Positions 45,198-52,597 of a stretch of DNA of 52,597 bases are shown piece after piece (the first letter of the stretch is position 1; the number at the start of each line of letters is the position of its first letter). Origin of the DNA: an uncultured Planctomycetaceae bacterium. GTDB taxonomy: Bacteria > Planctomycetota > Planctomycetia > Pirellulales > Thermoguttaceae. The stretch lies in contig CAZWWC010000001.1 of assembly GCA_964637625.1 (NCBI GenBank), forward strand, positions 1,958 through 54,554. Reading direction: 5' to 3'. Below the pieces are notes generated by a model. It was not told the DNA's origin, did no database searches, and was given only the letters and a program-made list of their open reading frames with translations. The position numbers and the translations under genes were made by a program.

Positions 45198-46082
45198 ATG
45201 AGCCCCTCTCACTACTTTCCCAAAGGCATCATTCTGGCAGGCGGTACGGGAAGCCGGTTGCATCCGATTACCCTCGGGGCAAGCAAGCAACTCCTGCCGG
45301 TCTACGACAAACCGATGGTCTACTACCCGCTGTCGGTGCTCATGCTGGCCGGCATACGAGACATTCTGCTGATTTCGACGCCCCAGGATCTCGACGGCTT
45401 TCAACGTCTCTTGAAGGACGGCGGCCATTTGGGCATCTTGATTCGTTACGCCGTCCAACCTAAACCCGAAGGTTTGGCCCAGGCCTTTCTCATCGGGCGG
45501 GAGTTCATCGACCGTGATCACGTCGCCCTGATCTTGGGCGACAACATCTTCTACGGTCAGGGCTTTCAGCCCAAGCTCGATCTGGCCACGAGCCGTTCCC
45601 TTGGTGCAACCACGTTCGCCTACAGCGTCAAGGACCCGCAGCGATATGGCGTGGTCGAACTGGACCGGCACGGTCGTGCGGTCTCGATCGAAGAGAAACC
45701 GGCGGCGCCGCGTTCGAACTACGCCGTGACGGGACTTTACTTCTACGATAATCAAGTCGTCGATTTGGCGGCCGACCTGCGGCCCTCGGCACGAGGTGAG
45801 TTGGAGATCACCGATATCAATCGGGCCTATCTCCAGCGGTCGCAGCTCCACGTGGAATTATTCGGACGGGGATTCGCCTGGCTCGACACGGGCACGGAAT
45901 CCTCGCTTCTGGAAGCCGCCAACTTCGTCCGCACGATCGAGGAGCGGCAAGGCCTCAAGATCGCTTGTATCGAAGAGGTGGCCCATCGAAAAGGCTTTAT
46001 CACCGACGAACAACTGGAGAAGCTTGCCCAGCGGTTCGGCAACAGCTACGGCGACTACCTTAGCAGGTTGCTGGCCAAATGA
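45198..46082 (+). CDS. rfbA: Glucose-1-phosphate thymidylyltransferase
   Basis: The ATG at 45198 follows an AGGAAG SD. Family blocks are [17 protein letters not shown]...[48 protein letters not shown] and LEITDIN..YL...[16 protein letters not shown]. Confidence 0.9.
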   Translation: MSPSHYFPKGIILAGGTGSRLHPITLGASKQLLPVYDKPMVYYPLSVLMLAGIRDILLISTPQDLDGFQRLLKDGGHLGILIRYAVQPKPEGLAQAFLIGREFIDRDHVALILGDNIFYGQGFQPKLDLATSRSLGATTFAYSVKDPQRYGVVELDRHGRAVSIEEKPAAPRSNYAVTGLYFYDNQVVDLAADLRPSARGELEITDINRAYLQRSQLHVELFGRGFAWLDTGTESSLLEAANFVRTIEERQGLKIACIEEVAHRKGFITDEQLEKLAQRFGNSYGDYLSRLLAK

Positions 46083-46300
46083 GCCGGGCACGCTCCGGTT
46101 GCCACCGGGCCGCCGGGCTTCGAGAAGACACCCGGCTCTCGCTGGATGGACTTCCCGCTCGCACGGAGAGCGGACAATTATGACGGTTTTGCTGGCAGAT
46201 GGTGCGGTTGACGCGCCGTCTTGGAAGGCAGGTTTTAACTTCCCCCCCAGGATAGGCGGCCCCCATGCTCGAAACCACAAATCCGTGGTAAAATACAACA

Positions 46301-46438
46301 GTCAGTAGTTCCAAATTCCATCGAGACCCGGCATTGTCATTCTGAGCGTAGCGAAGAATCTCCTTGGACAATCGAGATCCTTCGCTACGCTCAGGATGAC
46401 CTGCCGCGGTATCAGCCAGCCAAACTTGGAACTACAGA
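46301..46438. repeat. Nested-palindrome MITE-like repeat, copy D (subfamily 1, inverted relative to A)
   Basis: Inner arms are gtcattctgagcgtagcgaagaatctc (46336-46362) and gagatccttcgctacgctcaggatgac (46374-46400). Outer arms are cagtagttccaaa and aacttggaactac. It aligns with the reverse complement of copy A at roughly nine positions in ten (hand alignment, one 1-nt indel). Confidence 0.85.
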
Positions 46439-46542
46439 CAGCATATATAGTGCCCTCTCGCAGACCAGTCCGGGACACCGGGTCTGGCAACCTGGCTCGC
46501 CGAGGCGCCGCGGGCTCCAACAAAACGTTTGAAGGTGCGTTC

Positions 46543-49500
46543 ATGAAGAAACTGAATGTCCGTCTGCTTGCTATTCTCTTGGGAATCGTCGGAGTATTGG
46601 CAGTTATCCTCATTGCCGTGCATTACTTTCAACAACGTCAACACGCCGACTTCTTTAAGAAGAAGGCAGAGGTGGCAAGCAACACGGAGGATCTTGAGCA
46701 ACTCATCGAGGCCCAGAAATACTATGATCGCTATCTGTCACTAGCGCCTAACGATAACGAAGCGCGAGCCGAGCTGGGATTGCTCTACATCCGGATGGCC
46801 GAGCACGATGGACGCTTCCTATACCCGGCGTTCAGGACGCTTGAAAAAGTCGTGCGTGAGAAGGCTTCGCGACATGACATTCGCCGCAAGCTGGTCGACG
46901 TGGCCATGAGGATGTATCAGTTCGGCGACGCGAAGGAACACCTCGAGGTGCTTCAGAACCATGATCCCACCAACGGCGAGATTCTCGAGTTGCTGGCGCG
47001 ATGTCAAGCCGTGGACCAGGATTACCGCGAGGCCGGCAAATCCTATGAAGCCGCGATCCAACTCTCTCCCGACAGACTGGAATCCTACGTGAATCTGGCC
47101 TACCTGATTCGTTTTCATGGGGATGAGGTTCTGGCATCTTCGGGTGTCGATGAGGATGATACTGACCCGAACGAAGTGGCCGATGGTTGGATCAACCAGA
47201 TGGTCGAGAAGAATCCCAAAACGGCCAAAGCGTACGTCTCGCGCGGGGCGTATTTCCAAAGGACCGATCGTCTCGAGGAAGCGCAAAAGGACGTCACCGA
47301 GGCGCTGCGGCTGGCCCCCGACGACGAGGGAGCATTGCTGCTGGCAGTTCAAATCTGCCTCAGAAAGGGTGATTTTGACAAGGCGCGCGAACATGCCGAG
47401 TCGGCGGCCAAGCTGTTTCCCGATTCGCCCGGCGTCTATGAAGTGCTTAGCGATATTGAGCGTCGGGCGGGTAATCCCAAGGGAGCTCGGGACTGGCTCG
47501 ACAAGGGCCTGGCTGCTACCGACGACGATCCTCAACTGGTCTGGCAGAAAGCCAACATGTTGATCAGCGACGGGGAGCTCGAATCGGTCGAGCCGTTGAT
47601 TGAGCAGCTCCGCGGCTCGAATTCGCCGTACCGTCAGCAAGTGTACATCAGCTTTCTCCAGGGCCGATTGGCCCTTGCCCAGAAGGAATGGGCCAAGGCG
47701 CGATCGCTCTTCGAGCAGATTCACACGGACTTGGCGCAGTCTTCGCCCCACTTGGGCCGTCAGGTCGGGCGCTTCCTGGTCGAATGCTACCTTAAACTGG
47801 GGCGTCGTGACTTGGCCGATTCGCTCACCCGCGAACTCCAGAAAGCCGGCTCCGGTCGGTCAACCACACAGTCCATGCCGTTGCGGGAATTGCTCGCCCG
47901 GGGCCAGCTTCCCGCGGCCATTGCCGAATGTCGAGAATTGCTCAAACGTAACGATGCCCCACCGACCGCCTGGATTGATTTGGCGAAGTTGCTGATTCTC
48001 CAGAACGCCCAGAACGCACGGCTGCCGGAACCCCAATACAATTGGACGGAAGTCGAGCAGGTTCTCGACAAAGCGGCCGAATTGACTCCCGATCGCGTCG
48101 AAGTGCCCCTCCTTCGGGCCAGCATGCGGTTGGGCCAGAACCGTCGCGACGAGGCCGTGAAATTGCTTGAAGATGCCACGCGCCAAGACCCGACCCGTTG
48201 GGCGATCTGGGACCGCCTGGCTCGCCTGGCACAGGAAGATAAAGACTGGGACCGCGTGGTCGAGCTCTTGGACAAGGCGGAAAAGAACGTCGCGGTCAAA
48301 ACCTCGATCTACCTCGCCCGAGGTCGTTTGGCCGTCCTTCGGGATGGCCAGCAGGCGGTGGACACGTTGAAGCAGTTGGGTGAAAACGTCGCGGGGATGG
48401 CCGATTCCGAGAAGGCCTTTTTCTGGAGCGTTCTGGCCCAATACTGCCTGCAATCGAAAAACCTGGAGCAAGCGAAAGTGTTCTGCCGGAAATCGGCCGA
48501 CATCGACCCTAGTAATCTACAGATTCGCTTGTTGCTCTTCGAGGTTGCCCGTTACACTACCGACCAGGCGGCCATGAAACACGCGGTCGACGAGATCGGC
48601 AGAATCGAAGGAAACGGGCCCCATTGGCATTATACCTCTGCCACGCTGTTGGCCATGTTCAACAACGATGGCGAAGACAAGACCCAGGATTACAAGAAGG
48701 CGATTGCTCATCTGGTTCAAGCTCGCCGTTTGCGGCCGGGGTGGTCTGCCGTTCCCATGCTCCGCGCGAAGATCCAGGAAGAGATGGGTGAGGAGGAGAA
48801 AGCCATCGACAGTTACCTTGAAGCCGTCGATCAGGGATCGCGCGAGCGGATCGGCATGGTTCGCCTGGTCCAGCTTCTGATGAAACACGGGCGCGAGGAC
48901 GAAGCCGCGCGGATTATCGACTTGCGAGCGCAACAAAAGGCCGGCCTGTCACTCAAGGAACTGCTGATTACGGGAACGCGTCACCTTCGTGAAGGAGACA
49001 TCGAGCAAGGCGTGGCCGACTTCAGCCGCGTGGCCGAGGAGCTTCACAAGATGGCCGAGGAATCGAAAGATTATCGCCGCTTCTTCAGCCTCTCCCGAAT
49101 TCTCCGCCGGCTGGGTCTGTTGGCCAAGCTCCGAAAGCAAGAAGCCGAGGCGAAGCAGCGCTTCGACGATGCCGAGAAGGCGCTTCGGCGAGCCACCGAA
49201 CTCTCGCCGGAAACCGGTCAGCTCTGGATCGACCTGGTCTCGCTCCTTTCCCAAGCGGACAGGAGTCACGAGATCAGCAACGTCCTTGACGAAGCCAAGA
49301 AGAAAATGCCCCCCGACCAGGTCGCCTTGACGCTGGCCAAGTGCTACCACGTGCTCGGCCGGTTGGCCGAAGCCGAGGGACACTATCTCAACGTCTATCA
49401 GAACGACAAAAACAACAAAGCCCTGGCACGTCTGATGGCCGGGCTCTATCTCCAAGCCAGAAAAGTGAAGAACCCCAAGAAGGCTGAAGAGAATCGCAAA

Positions 49501-50919
49501 AAGGGTAAAACGATCCTTCGCGAAATGATCGACGGGAAACGGCCGACAAACGAAAATGATATCCCCTGGGCCCGACGTCAACTCGCCGCGCTTCTGTCGG
49601 AACAGCGTAGTCATCGGAGTTATCACGAAGCCATGAAGCTGATCGAGGCGAATCTCAGGGAAGACCCGGAATCGGTTCCCGATAAACGGCGCAAAGCGAG
49701 GCTCCTGTCGCGCCGTCCCAGCCGAACGGACAGAAGAAAGGCACAGGCGATTCTCGAAGAGTTGGTGCGGCTTCCCCAACCGTCGCACCACGACCGGTAT
49801 GAATTGGCCAGGCTCTACTACACAGAGGAGCAGTGGAACAAAGCGAGTCGGCAGATGCAGCCGGTGTTGGCTGCCAAGCGGATTGAACCCAAATGGCTCG
49901 ATTTCTACATTCGTGCCCTGATTCGCGCCAAGGAGTTCAGCGGAGCGGAGGGCAGCCTTGCCCGCTACGAAAAAATGGGAGCCGATCCCTACCGCGTCGC
50001 CCTTCTACGGGCGCAGATTCTCTCCGGGCGAAAACGACACAACGAAGCCATTCGCGTTCTCAGAGACTATGTCAACAACGCTTCGTCGACTTTCACTACG
50101 CGGCCGACGCGACTCTTCCGTGCGGCCGATGCGTTGGAATACCTGGCCAAGCACACGCCCAGTCCGGGACGCGAGGCGGCGGTCGAACAGTATCTCAAAC
50201 AAGCCGAAGCGTACTTCCGCGAGTATGTCCAGCTAGTCCCTTCCGAAACCATGTATCTGGTGAGCTTCCTCGGACGGTACGGCCAATTCAAGGACGCGCT
50301 GAAGATTGCCGAAGAAACCTCCCGGGAAAACAAGCCCGTGAACATCGCCATCAGCGCCGTGGGGTTGCTCGTACGCGGCAATCCGTCGCCCGAGGACATC
50401 AAACGTGTCGAAAACATCCTCATGGGCGCAATCGATGAACACGGCGAAAGCATCCCGTTGCTCTTGGCGCTGGCCGAGCAGAGGTCGATTCAAAAACGCT
50501 ACGACGACGCGGAGAAGCTCTATCGCACCGTGCTGGCCGAGGACCCCGATCACATCGTCGCACTGAATAACCTGGCCGTCTTTCTCGCGCTTCGTGGTCT
50601 CAAACTCGACGAGGCAATGCGGATGATCCAGAGGACGATTGAACTGCGAGGGTCCGCGGCTACGCTCATCGATTCGCGCGCAACCGTCCATCTCGCCAAA
50701 GGTCAGTGGCAAAAGGCGATCGATGATCTCAGCTTGGCAATCTCCGACGAGCCGTCGGGCACTCGCTATTTCCATCAAGCCCAGGCGTACTTCCAGGGTG
50801 GTAAGAAGAAGGAAGCCCGCGACTCGCTGAAAACCGCAGACAATTACGGTCTGAAAGTGGAGCATCTCCAGCCGCTCGAACGTCCCGCCTATCGACAGCT
50901 CAAGGAGGAGCTGCAATAA
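46543..50919 (+). CDS. Giant membrane-anchored tetratricopeptide-repeat (TPR) protein, possible PrsT analogue
   Basis: The ATG at 46543 starts MKKLNVRLLAILLGIVGVLAVILIAVHYF, a single TM with no lipobox Cys. The upstream part of the 46396 ORF reads through repeat D. About 1400 aa follow of degenerate 34-aa helical repeats rich in A/L/E/K/R, with recurring ..A...Y..AL.L.P... patterns. Confidence 0.8.
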   Translation: MKKLNVRLLAILLGIVGVLAVILIAVHYFQQRQHADFFKKKAEVASNTEDLEQLIEAQKYYDRYLSLAPNDNEARAELGLLYIRMAEHDGRFLYPAFRTLEKVVREKASRHDIRRKLVDVAMRMYQFGDAKEHLEVLQNHDPTNGEILELLARCQAVDQDYREAGKSYEAAIQLSPDRLESYVNLAYLIRFHGDEVLASSGVDEDDTDPNEVADGWINQMVEKNPKTAKAYVSRGAYFQRTDRLEEAQKDVTEALRLAPDDEGALLLAVQICLRKGDFDKAREHAESAAKLFPDSPGVYEVLSDIERRAGNPKGARDWLDKGLAATDDDPQLVWQKANMLISDGELESVEPLIEQLRGSNSPYRQQVYISFLQGRLALAQKEWAKARSLFEQIHTDLAQSSPHLGRQVGRFLVECYLKLGRRDLADSLTRELQKAGSGRSTTQSMPLRELLARGQLPAAIAECRELLKRNDAPPTAWIDLAKLLILQNAQNARLPEPQYNWTEVEQVLDKAAELTPDRVEVPLLRASMRLGQNRRDEAVKLLEDATRQDPTRWAIWDRLARLAQEDKDWDRVVELLDKAEKNVAVKTSIYLARGRLAVLRDGQQAVDTLKQLGENVAGMADSEKAFFWSVLAQYCLQSKNLEQAKVFCRKSADIDPSNLQIRLLLFEVARYTTDQAAMKHAVDEIGRIEGNGPHWHYTSATLLAMFNNDGEDKTQDYKKAIAHLVQARRLRPGWSAVPMLRAKIQEEMGEEEKAIDSYLEAVDQGSRERIGMVRLVQLLMKHGREDEAARIIDLRAQQKAGLSLKELLITGTRHLREGDIEQGVADFSRVAEELHKMAEESKDYRRFFSLSRILRRLGLLAKLRKQEAEAKQRFDDAEKALRRATELSPETGQLWIDLVSLLSQADRSHEISNVLDEAKKKMPPDQVALTLAKCYHVLGRLAEAEGHYLNVYQNDKNNKALARLMAGLYLQARKVKNPKKAEENRKKGKTILREMIDGKRPTNENDIPWARRQLAALLSEQRSHRSYHEAMKLIEANLREDPESVPDKRRKARLLSRRPSRTDRRKAQAILEELVRLPQPSHHDRYELARLYYTEEQWNKASRQMQPVLAAKRIEPKWLDFYIRALIRAKEFSGAEGSLARYEKMGADPYRVALLRAQILSGRKRHNEAIRVLRDYVNNASSTFTTRPTRLFRAADALEYLAKHTPSPGREAAVEQYLKQAEAYFREYVQLVPSETMYLVSFLGRYGQFKDALKIAEETSRENKPVNIAISAVGLLVRGNPSPEDIKRVENILMGAIDEHGESIPLLLALAEQRSIQKRYDDAEKLYRTVLAEDPDHIVALNNLAVFLALRGLKLDEAMRMIQRTIELRGSAATLIDSRATVHLAKGQWQKAIDDLSLAISDEPSGTRYFHQAQAYFQGGKKKEARDSLKTADNYGLKVEHLQPLERPAYRQLKEELQ

Positions 50920-50984
50920 TCGAGGGCAAGCCCCCGCAACGCTCGGCCCCTCCGACGGACTCTCGCTGCAAAGCCCGAAAACGC

Positions 50985-52520
50985 ATGAGCACGCCAGCCG
51001 ACCAACCCGGCGACGTCCCGCCCGAAGGCGACCTCTCCGGACGTCAGTTGGGTGATTATCGCTTGTTGCGGCGGTTGGGAATGGGAGCCATGGCCGTCGT
51101 CTATCTGGCCGAGCAATGTTCGCTGAACCGACAAGTCGCCTTCAAAGTCCTCCGCAGCGATCTGGTCGACGACGAAACCTACGTGCGACGGTTCCAGCGC
51201 GAAGCCAGGGCCGCCGCCGCCCTGATCCACGCCAACATCGTCCAAATCCATGAAGTCGGCCGCCTTGGTCGCGTCTATTTCATCGCCCAGGAATACGTCG
51301 AAGGACTAAACCTTTGCTCCTGGATCAATCGAAACGAGAAGCCCGACCTGCCCCACATTCTCAGCATCATGGGCCAGGTCAGCGCCGCGTTGGCCAAGGC
51401 CGGCGGGCGCGGAATCGTCCACCGTGACATCAAACCCGAGAACATCCTGCTGACCCGCTTCGGCGAAGTCAAGGTCGCCGATTTCGGACTCGCCCGATTG
51501 CCCAGCCAAGGCGACCCCGTCGAATTGACGCAGGTCGGCATCACGCTCGGCACACCCCTCTACATGAGCCCCGAACAGGTCGAAGGCAAACCGCTCGATC
51601 CCCGTAGTGACCTCTATTCGTTCGGTGTGACGTGCTACCACATGATCTCGGGCTCGCCCCCGTTCACGGGCCAGACACCCTTGAGCGTGGCCGTGCAGCA
51701 TCTCAAGAAGGAACCCGAGCCGCTCGAAAACCTTCGCAGTGACTTGCCCGGCGAGCTGTGTCGGATCGTACACCAACTGCTGGCCAAGGATCCCAAAGCA
51801 CGCTATCAGTCGGCCGGGCAACTCCTCCAGGATCTTCGACGTTTGCAGCAGGACCAGCTCGGCAACCAGTGGCCCGACGGTTTGCCCGGTTGGACGGCCG
51901 CCGACCTCGACACGACGAGCTTCGGGCCGGCTCAGGCGACCCAACGGATTCAAGCCGTCATGGACACGATCTCCCTGCCCAGCCGCGGCAGCCGTCGTCG
52001 AGCATGGCTCGCCGCGGCCCTTGCGGCTGTGTTTCTCATCGGCGCGACCATTGCCTGGTTTACCACCCGGCCCGTGCCGCTTGTCACGCTCGCCTCGGGC
52101 GACCCTCGAGTTCGACCGGAGAAAAACATCCTTCTACAATACCTTCAGGCAGCTCGTCTGAATACGCCCGAGGCATGGCAGGCCGTGGTACGTTTCTCTC
52201 CCACCGACGAGTATTACGTCAAGCGAGCCAAGCAGCAGCTCATCCGAATCCATCTCTCGCAAGGCGAGTATGACTTGGCGTTGGCCCTCTGTGACGAACT
52301 CCGTGACGAAGCAGAAGCTGAGTTTCGCGCGTTTGGACTGGCCGGCCGGGCGATCGCCTTGACCGGCAAAGAAGACTACGCAGCGTCCTTCAAGACCGTC
52401 AGGGCATTCAAACCGTTGGCCGAGCATCTTCACGACCCAACCATGCGTCAAGAGTTGGAGTCGGCCGAAGAAAGGAACAAGCAAGCACTGGCAGCCCAGC
52501 CACATGCTCCTCCCAACTGA
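50985..52520 (+). CDS. Hanks-type Ser/Thr protein kinase with a TM segment and a C-terminal TPR-like extracytoplasmic domain
   Basis: Kinase subdomains are LGMGAMAVVYLA (G-loop), VAFKVL (Lys), HRDIKPENILL, VADFGLA and GTPLYMSPEQ. The TM is AWLAAALAAVFLIGATIAWF, followed by a ~150-aa helical tail. Confidence 0.85.
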   Translation: MSTPADQPGDVPPEGDLSGRQLGDYRLLRRLGMGAMAVVYLAEQCSLNRQVAFKVLRSDLVDDETYVRRFQREARAAAALIHANIVQIHEVGRLGRVYFIAQEYVEGLNLCSWINRNEKPDLPHILSIMGQVSAALAKAGGRGIVHRDIKPENILLTRFGEVKVADFGLARLPSQGDPVELTQVGITLGTPLYMSPEQVEGKPLDPRSDLYSFGVTCYHMISGSPPFTGQTPLSVAVQHLKKEPEPLENLRSDLPGELCRIVHQLLAKDPKARYQSAGQLLQDLRRLQQDQLGNQWPDGLPGWTAADLDTTSFGPAQATQRIQAVMDTISLPSRGSRRRAWLAAALAAVFLIGATIAWFTTRPVPLVTLASGDPRVRPEKNILLQYLQAARLNTPEAWQAVVRFSPTDEYYVKRAKQQLIRIHLSQGEYDLALALCDELRDEAEAEFRAFGLAGRAIALTGKEDYAASFKTVRAFKPLAEHLHDPTMRQELESAEERNKQALAAQPHAPPN

Positions 52521-52597
52521 AGCGTTATTCACTTCCCGACCCACAAGTGTTACCCATGTCCTGACGGTTCCCTCGCGTCCTTCTCACTTCTTCCTTC

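Noticed and set aside
1-52597. A search by eye for CRISPR arrays, tRNA or rRNA genes, transposase, integrase or recombinase genes, toxin-antitoxin or known defence-system genes.
   Set aside because: I saw no regularly spaced direct repeats, no cloverleaf-like or rRNA-like conserved strings, and no ORFs with DDE, tyrosine- or serine-recombinase, or nuclease-helicase defence signatures. Absence by eye is not proof. tRNAscan, Infernal and defence-finder HMMs would settle it.

Overview
This 52.6-kb window carries every credible gene on the + strand. It reads as an exosortase/PEP-CTERM-linked extracellular polysaccharide (EPS) island. The taxon is probably Planctomycetota-like. That is inference only, from the PEP-CTERM plus dockerin-like tail, the giant TPR protein, the Hanks kinase and the TIGR03790-like protein.

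Gene order:
- Left flank (0-3.1 kb): a hexapeptide-repeat protein and a RACo-like 2Fe-2S/ASKHA protein.
- 3.3-10.6 kb: an orphan secreted protein, a papain-like protease with a PEP-CTERM sorting signal, a GH51 arabinofuranosidase and a secreted TIGR03790-like protein.
- 11.2-25.7 kb: a Wzx/Wzy-type module. It holds exosortase, a Wzc-like co-polymerase/kinase, a WecA-like initiating transferase, EpsI, WecB, a flippase, a polymerase/ligase-like protein, glycosyltransferases, an acetyltransferase and a methyltransferase, plus a glycosyltransferase relic.
- 26.0-26.7 kb: a decayed asparagine-synthase-like gene.
- 26.8-35.1 kb: a six-gene block (CapA-like, three divergent PaaK/F390-synthetase-like ligases, a glycosyltransferase and DUF362).
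- 35.6-46.1 kb: a GC-richer module (methyltransferase, AsnB, bi-domain oxidoreductase, heparinase II/III-like, WbuB-like glycosyltransferase, second WecB, RfbA).
- Right flank: a 1458-aa membrane-anchored TPR protein and a Ser/Thr kinase.

The most unusual signal is non-coding. A 120-140-nt nested-palindrome repeat occurs four times, in two subfamilies, as two nested inverted pairs.
- Copies A and D bracket the whole island.
- Copies B and C are near-identical (1 mismatch in 118 nt) and bracket the six-gene block. This suggests a repeat-mobilised or recombination-invertible EPS-decoration cassette of unknown chemistry.

I found no rRNA, tRNA, CRISPR array, transposase or recombinase gene. All protein calls rest on motif recognition by eye; no database search was possible.
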